Source: an uncultured Actinomycetota bacterium
GTDB lineage: Bacteria; Actinomycetota; Actinomycetes; S36-B12; UBA10799
DNA: 64,000 nt
NCBI GenBank assembly: GCA_963769435.1
Contig: CAVYLN010000002.1
Location: 29,098 to 93,097 of the forward strand
Direction of reading: 5' to 3'
The notes under the pieces were generated by a model, which did not search any database, was not told the origin of the DNA, and saw nothing but the letters and a program-made list of their open reading frames with translations. This document shows, in pieces, positions 8,916 through 18,608 of the stretch; position 1 is the first letter of the stretch, and the number at the start of each line of letters is the position of its first letter. Made by a program: the position numbers and the translations under genes.

Positions 8916-10031
8916 GTGACGAGTTCGGACACCGAAGATCTCAAAGACAGGCTGCACCGGGCGACGGCGGCGGCCCGGGACGCCGGGATCGACGCGATGC
9001 TGGTTTCACCCGGCCCGGATCTGCGCTATCTCACCGGCTATGACGCGATCCCCCTGGAACGCCTCACGTGCCTGGTGGTCTCCGCGAACCAGACACCGCG
9101 AATCGTGGTCCCGGCGCTGGAGGTACCCGCGGCGATGGCCAGCCCACTGGCCGATCTCGGCGTCGAGGTCGTCGCCTGGCAAGAGACGGATGACCCGTTC
9201 ACCCTGACCGCCACGCTGGTCGGCGAGGCTGGGAAGGTGGCCGTGGACGACCACATGTGGGCCTCCAAGGTACTGGCCCTGCGAGACGCGATGCCCGGTG
9301 CGCGGCAACGAGTCGCGGGGCCCGTACTGCAGGAGCTGCGGATGCGGAAGTCCGCATCCGAGATCGCGTCGCTGGTCCACGCTGGGGCCGCGATCGACTA
9401 CGTCCACGCACAAGTCGGGGAGTTCTTGCGGGTGGGGCGCACCGAACGACAGGTGGGTGCGCTGATCGCGGATGCGATCCTCGAGGCAGGACACGCGGTC
9501 GTCGACTTCGTGATCGTGGCCTCCGGGCCCAATGGTGCGAGCCCCCACCATGAGTTGTCCGACCGCGTGTTGGAGGTCGGCGATTCGGTGGTGGTGGACA
9601 TCGGCGGAACGATGCCCGACGGCTACTGCAGTGACTCGACCCGGATGTACAGCCTGGGGCAGCCCTCTTCGCAGGTCCGCGAGGAGTTCGAGGCCCTGCA
9701 GGTGGCACAGGCGCGGGCCGTGCAGGCCGTCCGACCGGGGATCACGTGCGAGTCCGTCGATGCGGTGGCCAGGGACAGTCTGCGGGAGGCCGGACTGGCG
9801 GAGTTCTTCATCCACCGCACCGGCCACGGAATCGGCCTGGAGACACACGAAGAGCCTTACATCGTGGCGGGTAACGACCGGGTACTGGAGGCCGGGATGG
9901 CCTTCAGCGTCGAACCGGGGGTCTATCGCGCCGGTTCCCATGGCGCACGCATCGAGGACATCGTCATCTGCACAGAGGACGGCTTCGTGAACTGCAACAA
10001 CCGTCCGCACGAGATGGTGATCGTGGAATGA
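8916..10031 (+). CDS. M24 family metallopeptidase (Xaa-Pro peptidase-like)
   Basis: 371 aa with a creatinase-like N domain and a pita-bread core (DIGG...GYCSD...HRTGHGIGLETHE...FSVEPG). Confidence 0.85.
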   Translation: MTSSDTEDLKDRLHRATAAARDAGIDAMLVSPGPDLRYLTGYDAIPLERLTCLVVSANQTPRIVVPALEVPAAMASPLADLGVEVVAWQETDDPFTLTATLVGEAGKVAVDDHMWASKVLALRDAMPGARQRVAGPVLQELRMRKSASEIASLVHAGAAIDYVHAQVGEFLRVGRTERQVGALIADAILEAGHAVVDFVIVASGPNGASPHHELSDRVLEVGDSVVVDIGGTMPDGYCSDSTRMYSLGQPSSQVREEFEALQVAQARAVQAVRPGITCESVDAVARDSLREAGLAEFFIHRTGHGIGLETHEEPYIVAGNDRVLEAGMAFSVEPGVYRAGSHGARIEDIVICTEDGFVNCNNRPHEMVIVE

Positions 10032-11137
10032 ACGAACTGCTGGAACTCACCGAAGAGATCGCATCCCGGGAACTGGCCCCGGTGGCTGACCGTCACGAGC
10101 GCGAGGGCGCGTTCCCCCGCGAGGTCTTCCGCACCCTGGGTCGCGCCGGCCTGCTCGGTCTGCCGTACCCACAGCGGTGGGGTGGCGCCCAAGTCGGCTA
10201 CAGCGACTACCTGCAGGTCCTGGAGATCCTGGCCCGGCGGTGGCTGACAGTTGCGCTGGGAGTCAGTGTCCACACGCTTTCGTGTCACGCACTGGCCACC
10301 GCCGGCAGCGACGAACAGCGCGACCAGTGGCTGCCGGAGATGGTGGGCGGGGAGCTACTCGGTGCATACTGCCTCAGTGAGCCGCAATCCGGCTCCGATG
10401 CCGCCGGGCTCAGAACATCCGCGGTGCGTGACGCGGACGGATACCGACTCTCGGGAACCAAAGCGTGGATCACGCACGGGGGAGTGGCGGACTTCTACAC
10501 GGTGATGACCCGTACATCCCCGGACCGGACGGCCGGCATCACGGCCTTCCTCGTCCCCGGCGACGCCGAGGGGCTGTCGGCCGCGGCTCCGGAGCGGAAG
10601 ATGGGCATGCGCGGCTCAGTCACCGCCCAAGTGATCCTCGACGACGTTCGAGTACCGGAGTCACACAGGTTGGGAGCCGAAGGCACCGGCTTCAGAATCG
10701 CCCTCGAGGCGCTGGACTCCGGGCGCCTGGGAATCGCTGCTTGCGCCGTGGGACTGGCTCAGGCGGCCCTCGATGTCGCTGTGGAATACGCGACGCAGCG
10801 AGAGCAGTTCGGACAGCCCATCTCCCGGTTCCAAGGGGTGTCCTTCACGCTGGCGGACATGGCCACCAGTATCAGCGCGGGTCGGGCCCTGTACCTCGAC
10901 GCGGCCGGGCGCCGTGACCGCGGTGAGAGCTTCTCGACGCAGGCCGCGATGGCCAAATTGTTCTGCACAGACGCAGCCATGGCTGTCACGACCAGTGCCG
11001 TCCAGATTCTCGGCGGGGCCGGCTACGTGGAGGACTTCCCGGTCGAACGCTACATGCGGGAGGCCAAGGTCCTCCAGATCGTGGAAGGCACCAACGAGAT
11101 TCAGCGACTGGTGATCGGGCGAGCCTTGACGTCCTGA
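10028..11137 (+). CDS. acyl-CoA dehydrogenase
   Basis: 369 aa with GAYCLSEPQSGSDA...KAWITHG...GYVEDFPVERYMREAKVLQIVEGTNEIQ. ATGA overlap with the upstream gene. Confidence 0.9.
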   Translation: MNELLELTEEIASRELAPVADRHEREGAFPREVFRTLGRAGLLGLPYPQRWGGAQVGYSDYLQVLEILARRWLTVALGVSVHTLSCHALATAGSDEQRDQWLPEMVGGELLGAYCLSEPQSGSDAAGLRTSAVRDADGYRLSGTKAWITHGGVADFYTVMTRTSPDRTAGITAFLVPGDAEGLSAAAPERKMGMRGSVTAQVILDDVRVPESHRLGAEGTGFRIALEALDSGRLGIAACAVGLAQAALDVAVEYATQREQFGQPISRFQGVSFTLADMATSISAGRALYLDAAGRRDRGESFSTQAAMAKLFCTDAAMAVTTSAVQILGGAGYVEDFPVERYMREAKVLQIVEGTNEIQRLVIGRALTS

Positions 11138-11193
11138 CACGCGGGATCACCGCCCGGTGCGAGCGGCGCCCTTGTCGCTCCTAGAATTCGGGG

Positions 11194-11895
11194 GTGAGGA
11201 CTCTGTTGGTAGGTGGCCATGTCTACTCTCCCTCAGAGCCCTTCGCGACGGCGGTTCTGGTGCAGGACCAGGTCGTCTCGTGGATCGGGACCGACGCCGG
11301 CGCGGATGTCCACGTCGGCGACGTGGACACCGTTGTGGACCTCGGCGGCGATCTCGTGGCCCCCGGATTCGTGCATCTGGCCGAAGCCCATCCGGCCGCC
11401 GAGGGTGGCTTCGTCCACGGGGAACGGGCCGATGTTCCGGTTGCAGACCGCTGGGTCGCTCAGGCGTGGGAGAACGCGGCGACACTGCCCTTGGCCGTCG
11501 TCCCGCGCGACCCGTGCCGGCTCCGGTCCCGGATAGCGGCTGGAGTACCCACCGCACTGGTCCCAAGCCACGGCATGCACAACGGCTGGGAAGTGGTGCG
11601 GGCCGCAGTTCACGGCGTTTCGACCGACGAGGCCCTGAGCGCCAGAGCGGCATTCTCCGCACTCACCCGTGGCGCGTGGCGCCTGCTGGGTCAACCGGCC
11701 CGTGGTGTGCTCGAAGTCGGTGCGGAGGCCACTTTCGCGCAGTGGACGGTGACCGAGTTGCTGGTCGAGACTCCTGATGCGCGGATCAGCAACTGGTCGA
11801 CGGATCCTCGCGCGGCAACGCCCGGACTTCCCCCGCTCGACGGTACGCTTCCGAGTCTTCGGCGCCTCTGGCGCGATGGGGTTGCGTCTTCGTGA
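11194..11895 (+). CDS. amidohydrolase-family-like protein, unusually short (possibly degenerate)
   Basis: The N-terminus (LLVGGHVYSP...AVLVQDQVVSWIGTD...VDLGGDLVAPGFVH) and C-terminus (EALSARAAFSALTRGAWRLLG...GVLEVGAEATFAQW) look like the composite beta-sandwich of amidohydrolases. Only about 50 aa lie where a roughly 250-aa TIM barrel with HxH is expected. Confidence 0.5.
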   Translation: MRTLLVGGHVYSPSEPFATAVLVQDQVVSWIGTDAGADVHVGDVDTVVDLGGDLVAPGFVHLAEAHPAAEGGFVHGERADVPVADRWVAQAWENAATLPLAVVPRDPCRLRSRIAAGVPTALVPSHGMHNGWEVVRAAVHGVSTDEALSARAAFSALTRGAWRLLGQPARGVLEVGAEATFAQWTVTELLVETPDARISNWSTDPRAATPGLPPLDGTLPSLRRLWRDGVASS

Positions 11896-13379
11896 GGTGG
11901 CGTTTGATCGGCGCGGCGGGCGCCGGGCTCCTGCAGTTCCTGGCGTTCCCACCCATGGGATGGTGGTGGACGGCGCCACTGGGTGTCGCCGCGCTGCTAC
12001 TGGCGGTCCGGGGCGTATCGGGTGGGCGAGCCGCCTGGCTGGGCCTGGTGTGCGGATGGGCGTTCTTCCTGCCCTTGCTGCACTGGCTCAGTGTGCTCGG
12101 TCCCGATGCCTGGCTGGCGCTCGCACTGGTCATCGCTGGGTGGTACGCCGCGATGGGGTGGGGCTTCAGTGTGATCGGCGGTACTCGCTGGTGGGTTGTG
12201 GCGATTCCGGCCGTGTGGGTTCTTCAAGAGTGGCTGCGCTCGAGGTTCCCTTGGGGTGGACTCGGCTGGGGTCGCCTGGCGTTCGGGCAGCCGGACTCTC
12301 CTCTGACCGGTTGGGTGACACTCGGGGGCGCCAGCCTGCTGTCTTTCGTGGTCGCCATGGTCGGCTGCCTGATCGTCGTGATCATCGGCGGTGGCAGGAA
12401 GGCGCTGGTGGCTGCTGCCGTTCTGGTGCCCGTGGTGGCGGTGGGACTGGGTGTCCAACCGTCGACGACCGTCTCACTGAAACCCGAGACGTCCCAACTC
12501 GCGGTGATACAGGGAAACGTTCCACAACCGGGCATCGACTTCCTCGGTCGACCGCTGGCCGTACTGGGCAATCATGAGCGGACGACCGTGGAACTGGCCG
12601 CTGCAGTGGCCACCGGCGCGGAGCCACAACCGGATGCGGTCATATGGCCTGAGAACTCAGCCGACATCGATCCTGTGATCAGTCCCCAGGCAGGAGCACT
12701 GGTGGACTCGGCGGCCAATTCGATCGGCGTACCGATACTCGTGGGAACCGTCCAAGAGGTCCCGGGACGGCCGGAGCGAGTGGCCAATGTCGGCCTGGTG
12801 TGGGACCCGCTGACCGGGCCGGGTGCTGCGTACATCAAGCAGCACCCGGTGCCCTTCGGGGAGTTCCTGCCGCTGCGGCCGCTCCTCACACGCTTCATCA
12901 CGCGGTTCGACCGGGTCCCGCGTGACTTCATCGCCGGTGATTCACCCGGAGTTCTCCAACTCGGACCGGTCACCGTCGCCGACGTGATCTGCTTCGAAGT
13001 CTCCAACGATGAGATCGTGCGCACGGCGGTGCGGGACGGCGGGCGAGTCGTCGTGGTGCAGACGAACAACGCGACCTATGCGACAACCGCTCAGCCCGAG
13101 CAGCAGTACGACATCAGCAGACTGCGCGCCCGGGAGACCGGTCGCACGGTGTTGGTCGCTGCGACCACCGGCATCACGGCGATCATCACCCCAGACGGCC
13201 GGAGCACGACCTTGCCGCAACTGGAGTCGGGATGGATCAACCAGCGCGTCGAACTGAAGGATTCGTGGACGCCTGCCATCACCTTCGGAGGATGGGTCGA
13301 GGGTGGCCTCGCGTGGGCCGGTGGTCTGGCAGTGCTGATGGGTCTGTGGGTACGCAGGCGCGCAAGAGCCAGAAGGTAG
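11892..13379 (+). CDS. lnt: apolipoprotein N-acyltransferase
   Basis: 495 aa with an N-terminal polytopic membrane domain and a CN-hydrolase domain (VIWPENS...VQTNNATY). GTGA overlap with the upstream gene. Followed by ppm1, as in mycobacteria. Confidence 0.9.
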   Translation: MRWRLIGAAGAGLLQFLAFPPMGWWWTAPLGVAALLLAVRGVSGGRAAWLGLVCGWAFFLPLLHWLSVLGPDAWLALALVIAGWYAAMGWGFSVIGGTRWWVVAIPAVWVLQEWLRSRFPWGGLGWGRLAFGQPDSPLTGWVTLGGASLLSFVVAMVGCLIVVIIGGGRKALVAAAVLVPVVAVGLGVQPSTTVSLKPETSQLAVIQGNVPQPGIDFLGRPLAVLGNHERTTVELAAAVATGAEPQPDAVIWPENSADIDPVISPQAGALVDSAANSIGVPILVGTVQEVPGRPERVANVGLVWDPLTGPGAAYIKQHPVPFGEFLPLRPLLTRFITRFDRVPRDFIAGDSPGVLQLGPVTVADVICFEVSNDEIVRTAVRDGGRVVVVQTNNATYATTAQPEQQYDISRLRARETGRTVLVAATTGITAIITPDGRSTTLPQLESGWINQRVELKDSWTPAITFGGWVEGGLAWAGGLAVLMGLWVRRRARARR

Positions 13380-13388
13380 GCTCCCACC

Positions 13389-14162
13389 GTGGCCCAGACT
13401 TTCGCAGACCTTGGCAGGATCGTCGTGGTCATCCCCACGTACAACGAGGTGGACAACCTCGCTCGCATCGTCGACCGCGTGCGCACCAGCGTGCCGGAGG
13501 CGGACATTCTTGTCGCCGATGACAACAGCCCCGACGGTACTGCCGCAGTCGCCGATGATCTGGCGCTACGGGACTCGCAGGTCAAGGTGATGCACCGACT
13601 GGGCAAGGAGGGGCTCGGTGCTGCGTACCTCGCCGGGTTCTCATGGGCTCTCGACAACGGGTACGACGTCGTGGTGGAGATGGATGCGGACGGTAGCCAC
13701 CAGCCCGAGCAACTGCCGCTGCTCCTGGACGCGCTGCGGGATGCCGACCTGGTGCTCGGCTCCCGATGGGTGCCGGGGGGCACCGTGCTGAACTGGCCGA
13801 AGTCCAGGGAGGTCCTCTCCAAGGGGGGCAACTGGTATACACGCCGAGCGCTGAGGATTCCGCTACACGATGCGACGGGCGGGTACCGGGCGTTCCGCTC
13901 AACAACTCTGCGTGCGCTGGATCTCGACGGCGTCGGCAGTGCCGGGTACATCTTCCAGGTGGATCTTGCCTACCGGACCCTCGCCCAAGGGCTGCGTGTG
14001 GTCGAGGTACCCATCGAGTTCGTGGAACGCGAAGTGGGCGACAGCAAGATGAACCGCAAGATCGTCTCGGAGGCGCTGTGGCGGGTCACCGTCTGGGGTG
14101 TCCGTGAGCGGGTGCAGCAGGCGAAGGCCGCAGTTGCCCAGCGACGCAAGCCGGGAGCCTGA
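13389..14162 (+). CDS. ppm1: polyprenol monophosphomannose synthase (GT2)
   Basis: VVIPTYNEVDNL...VADDNSPDGT...EMDADGSH, the Dpm1-like GT2 signature. Classic lnt-ppm1 pairing. Confidence 0.9.
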   Translation: MAQTFADLGRIVVVIPTYNEVDNLARIVDRVRTSVPEADILVADDNSPDGTAAVADDLALRDSQVKVMHRLGKEGLGAAYLAGFSWALDNGYDVVVEMDADGSHQPEQLPLLLDALRDADLVLGSRWVPGGTVLNWPKSREVLSKGGNWYTRRALRIPLHDATGGYRAFRSTTLRALDLDGVGSAGYIFQVDLAYRTLAQGLRVVEVPIEFVEREVGDSKMNRKIVSEALWRVTVWGVRERVQQAKAAVAQRRKPGA

Positions 14163-14263
14163 CTCGTCCCAGGGCCCGCGCGACTGTGAACAGGCGGTAC
14201 CGTCCGGGCTGGTCCTGTGAAATGCTTGAAGCACCGCAGTAGAGCGACGCAGGAGGGCCGATC

Positions 14264-15151
14264 ATGGACAGCCAGCAGTTCGACAAGGTCAAGAACGCTC
14301 CCGGATTCATCGCCGCACTCGACCAGAGCGGAGGCAGCACGCCGCGCGCGCTGAGACTCTATGGCATCGAGGACGGCGCCTACAGTGACGACGAACAGAT
14401 GTTCGATCTGGTGCACGCCATGCGCACCCGCATCATCACGAGCCCGGCGTTCGACGGCGCTCGTATCCTCGGATCGATCCTGTTCGAGAACACCATGGAC
14501 CGGGAGATACTCGGTCGGGGGAGTGCCGACTACCTCTGGAACGTCAAGCACGTCGTCCCGTTCCTCAAAGTCGACAAGGGCCTCGAGGAAGAGGCGAACG
14601 GCTGTCGGACGATGAAGCCGATGCCGGGTCTGGACACGCTGCTCGAGCGTGCGGTGGGCAAGGGCGTGTTCGGCACCAAGATGCGCTCGGTGATCATGCA
14701 CGCCGACCTCGCGGGGATAACGGCGGTGGTCGATCAGCAGTTCGAGATCGGGCACAGGATCCTTGATGCGGGGCTGGTGCCGATTCTTGAGCCGGAGATC
14801 GACATCAACTCGCCGACGAAGGCCGCGGCCGAGGAAATCCTGAAGCCGGCGATCCAGGAGCACCTAGGCAGCCTTGGGCCTGATCAGCACATCATGCTGA
14901 AACTGACCTTGCCCGACATCGACGACTTCTACGCCGACTTCGTGGCGGACCCCAGGATCCTGCGCGTGGTCGCTCTGTCTGGTGGTTACACCAGGCAGGA
15001 GGCCAACGAGCGACTCTCACGCCAGCACGGCGTGGTGGCGAGTTTCTCGCGTGCCCTCACAGAAGGTCTGACGGTTCAGCAGTCGGAGGAGCAGTTCAAC
15101 GCCGCGCTCGATGCCTCGATTCAGAGCATCTACGACGCGTCGATCACCTGA
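14264..15151 (+). CDS. class I fructose-bisphosphate aldolase
   Basis: 295 aa with GFIAALDQSGGSTPRAL...LKVDKGL, typical of bacterial class I FBA. Confidence 0.85.
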   Translation: MDSQQFDKVKNAPGFIAALDQSGGSTPRALRLYGIEDGAYSDDEQMFDLVHAMRTRIITSPAFDGARILGSILFENTMDREILGRGSADYLWNVKHVVPFLKVDKGLEEEANGCRTMKPMPGLDTLLERAVGKGVFGTKMRSVIMHADLAGITAVVDQQFEIGHRILDAGLVPILEPEIDINSPTKAAAEEILKPAIQEHLGSLGPDQHIMLKLTLPDIDDFYADFVADPRILRVVALSGGYTRQEANERLSRQHGVVASFSRALTEGLTVQQSEEQFNAALDASIQSIYDASIT

Positions 15152-15154
15152 GAC

Positions 15155-15502
15155 CTACGCGGTCCGGCGGTCACTCTGAACGTCGGTCTCGAGAAGTGCG
15201 AGCCGCTCTTCGAGAAGTTCCTCGAGTTCCGCGATAGAGCGGCGCTCCAGCAACATGTCCCAGTGCGTACGCACCGGCTTCACCGGCTTGGGTTCGGGCT
15301 TGGTCGCGTCAACCAGCAACGCCATCTCGCCACAAGCACATTCCCACTCGACCGGCACTTCGGCCTCGGCGGAGAAGGGCATGTTGATGACGTGTCCTGC
15401 AGGGCAGTTGTACGTCACTGTCATGCGAGGAGCGAATTCGACGTCGCGGTCGTTCTCCAGACTGGTCGCTCCGAGCCGGGTCCCGCGCAATGCCTCGCTC
15501 AT
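15155..15502 (-). CDS. rbpA: RNA polymerase-binding protein RbpA
   Basis: MSEALRGTRLGATSLENDRDVEFAPR...YNCPAGH...WECACGE...RTHWDMLLERRSIAELEELLEERL. The ORF extends to 15529. I prefer the Met at 15502. Confidence 0.9.
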   Translation of the reverse strand: MSEALRGTRLGATSLENDRDVEFAPRMTVTYNCPAGHVINMPFSAEAEVPVEWECACGEMALLVDATKPEPKPVKPVRTHWDMLLERRSIAELEELLEERLALLETDVQSDRRTA

Positions 15503-15649
15503 TGATGCCTTCTTTCTATCGCCACGCACCCGACGGTGCTGTCTCTCATAACGCCACTGCTACTTGCTTCATTCCCCGGACCGCCACTTTTCACACATGT
15601 TCGTGATGCGGAAACCGCAGATCCAGGGCCTGCAAGACCACGATGACGG

Positions 15650-16473
15650 TTAGGGGGTCCCCGGGGCGCGCCGACCGGGAGCGTTTGACAGATCGCTTAC
15701 ATTGCCTCGGGCCCGCGCGTCCAGAACCTGCCGCAAGACGCTCGGGCGATCAGTGATGATCCCATGCACTCCGGCATCGAGCAGTTGAATCATGCGTGAC
15801 GGTTCGTTCACCGTCCAGACATGGACGGGCCATCCACGCTGCTCCGCCTGTCGGAGCAAGGATGGCGTCACTATCCGTAACCCCGAGGCACGGGCCGGGA
15901 CCTGCACGCACGTCGGCCCGGTGGGCAGCACGAAGCGGGAACCCGCGGACAGTGGGCCCAGCCGGCTGCGGCTGACCAGAGCTGTGACTTCCTGCGGCGC
16001 CAGGCTCGTGCAGACGGCCTCGCCGAACCTGGCACGCACGGTGCGCAGCCGGCGCCACGAGAACGACGCCACGCAGACCCTGTCAAGGTGGTCCGACCGG
16101 CTGAGTACTCGCATGACCGGATCGACCGCGTTGTCCTCCTTGATGTCGATGTTGAATCTCGTCCGCGGGAAGTGCTCGAGGACCTCCTGCAGCGAATGGA
16201 TCCTCTCGGCATTGCCGATGTGGGCCTTCTTGACCTCCGTGAAGGGCAGGTCCCGGATCCGACCGACCCGGTCCGTCACGCGTTGCAGGGATTCGTCGTG
16301 GAAGACCACCGCGCACGCCATCGGCGGTCGCCCGCACATCCGTCTCGATGTAGTCGAAGCCCGAGCGAGAGTGCGCGACGGAAGGCCTTGAGCGAGTTCT
16401 CCGGCGCTTCCCTTGCCCCGCCACGGTGCGCGAAAGCCACCGGGGGAGCGGCATCGAGGTACGGATGTGTCAC
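15650..16473 (-). pseudogene. glycerophosphodiester phosphodiesterase, two frameshifts
   Basis: The GDPD sequence is spread over three frames: AFAHRGGAREAPENSLKAFRRALSLG (ORF 16276-16473), then FDYIETDVRATADGV (ORF 16083-16454), then AVVFHDESLQR...NIDIKED...VHVWTVN (ORF 15650-16339). Junctions are near 16359 and 16314, and each fits one extra base. Confidence 0.75.
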
Positions 16474-17960
16474 AGCGCCCCGGAGGTGGGCAGCAGGTCG
16501 ACCCAGGGTTTGGCGGACTCGATCTGGGAGGCCAGTTGCAGCAGGATCGCGTCGTTGCCGAAGGCCGATGCGATCTGCACTCCCACGGGCAGACCGTCCC
16601 GGGTCACATGCATCGGCACGCTGGCTGCCGGCTGACCGGTGAGGTTGTAGATCTGGGTCTGGGGTGTCGCCGACAACGAATCGGCCGCCAGATCGTCAAG
16701 GGTCTTGCGCAGGACCGGCCCTGGACCCACTCTCTGCAGCACTGACAAGGCCGCCTGTTCGACAGCGCTCGGCGCCAACTCGCCGATCTTGACCGGGGGA
16801 GTCGCGACCGTGGCGGTCAGGTGCACATCGAACTCGGGTCCGAACAGGTCGCCGAACCTGCGGCCCATCTGCAGACCCCAGGCACGCGCCGCACTCAGTT
16901 CGGCCGCGCTGAGGGTGCCTCCGACCTGCTTGAGGAACCAGGTGGATCGCTCGAAATTGTGGGGATCGGGCTTGCGACCGGTCATCTCGGCGGTCCACTC
17001 CACCTGGTTGGCGACATTCGCCGCGACGATCGTCAGATATGCCTTCGCCCCCTCAGCGGGCTCTATCGGCAGGTCGTACTCGATCACCTCGTGACCAAGC
17101 TCCGAGAGCAGCGAAGCAGCCTCGTCCACCGCCTGCACCGCGTCCGGGTGCATCGTGCGGCCGAAGAGACTGCGGGTGGAGTAGCCGATCCGCAGTTTCG
17201 GAGGCTTCCTACTCGCCGTAGCGAGATACGACTTGGGCCCCGCCGGCGACGCGTACGGTGCACCGGGATCGGCACCGCGGACCGCATCGAGGGCCGCCGC
17301 GGAGTCGCGTACCGTCCGCGACATCAGAAGTCGGACGACCATGCCGTCCCAACCCTCTGCCTCGTCCGGGCCGAGAGGGACGAGGCCCGCGACTGGTCTT
17401 GAGGCCGAAGATGCCGCAGTTGGAGGCTGGGATCCGCAGTGACCCGCCCGCCGTCGCCACCATGGGCCAAGGGGACGATGCCTGCCGCCACCGCTGCCGC
17501 TGAGCCGCCGCTCGAGCCTCCGGGCGTGTGATCCAGGTTCCAGGGATTGCGGGCAGGTCCCCTCAGCTCCGGTTCGCTCACGCCCATGATTCCGAACTCC
17601 GGACAGTTGGTCTTCCCGAAGATGTTCAGGCCGGCCTTCTGGAAGCGCACGAAGAGTTCACTGCTGCGCTCGGGTATCCAGTCCTCCAGGGACCGACTGG
17701 AATAGGTGCAGCGATGACCGGCGAGATGGCCATCCATGTCCTTGATCAGGAACGGGACGCCACCGAACGGCCCGGAAAGGCCGTCGGCCGCCACCCGCGC
17801 CTCTTCGTCCCACGATTCGACGACCGCGTTCAGCGCCGGGTTGACGGCGTTGCGGCGATCGATCGCCGCCTGCAGGACCTCTCGTGGCGGTCACCTCGCC
17901 GTTCTGGATCAGTTTTGCGAGGCCCAGTCCGTCGAGTTGCACATATTCGTCATGGCGCAT
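16470..17960 (-). pseudogene. amidase (amidase-signature family), three frameshifts
   Basis: Four frame segments: MRHDEYVQLDGLGLAKLIQNGEVTA, then REVLQAAIDRRN...GVPFLIKD...GGSSGGSAAAVAAGIVPLAHGGDGG, then GSLRIPASNCGIFGLKTSRG, then LVPLGPDEAEGWDGMVVRLLMSRTVRD up to the stop at 16470. Junctions are near 17886, 17443 and 17383. Confidence 0.8.
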
Positions 17961-18106
17961 GCCGCAAAGCCTAATGCGGCACGGTGGAAGAGTCAGGGGG
18001 TTGCCGCGAACCACTCTCGGCGTACCGACCTCGAGTGGTATGACCGATAATCGACATTATGACATTTACGCTCGGACTCGGACACTCCCCGACTCTGACG
18101 ATCCGC

Positions 18107-18538
18107 TCAGGTCTGCGGCGGCTTCGGGAATCCCGGCAGCCAGGAACCGAATCGCAGCGAGTTGCCGTCCGGGTCGAGGTACGCGCCCTCGCACAGTCCG
18201 TACTCGGTATCGGTGGGCTCCACGAACGATCCGACCGCGCCGGAGTCCCGCCACTGCCGATGCAGCTCCTGGGCGTCATCGACGTACAGGTACACCTCGC
18301 TGAGATTGGTCTGGGGGTCGATTCCGGACACTTGGCACAAGTGCAACTGCAGACCGTCACGGAACACGAACCCGTACAGGATCTCCGACAGCCGACTACC
18401 CTCGACCACCTCGGCACGCTGGTAGGGCTTGGGGCGGAACCCCAGCAGGGCGTAGTTCTCCAGCGCTGACAGCACGTCGGTCACCGGCAGGACCGGCGCG
18501 AGCGTATTCAGAGTCGCCATGACCGAAAGCCTAGTCAC
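18107..18538 (-). CDS. VOC (glyoxalase/bleomycin-resistance) family protein
   Basis: 143 aa (LAPVLPVTDVLSALENYALLGF...LHLCQ...EPTDTEYGLCEGAYLDPDGNSLRFG). Single intact frame. Confidence 0.7.
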   Translation of the reverse strand: MTRLSVMATLNTLAPVLPVTDVLSALENYALLGFRPKPYQRAEVVEGSRLSEILYGFVFRDGLQLHLCQVSGIDPQTNLSEVYLYVDDAQELHRQWRDSGAVGSFVEPTDTEYGLCEGAYLDPDGNSLRFGSWLPGFPKPPQT

Positions 18539-18608
18539 AAACGATGCCCCGAGTCGGTACAGCGGCTGCCGACGGGCATGGATTCCGGGGTCGCTCTAAT
18601 CTGCAGCC

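Noticed and set aside
8882-8944. 29-nt divergent overlap between the exonuclease and M24 peptidase ORFs.
   Set aside because: It is an artefact of taking the longest ORF. The exonuclease family N-terminus (MLLDTASLYFRAFYG) starts at the internal Met at 8881.
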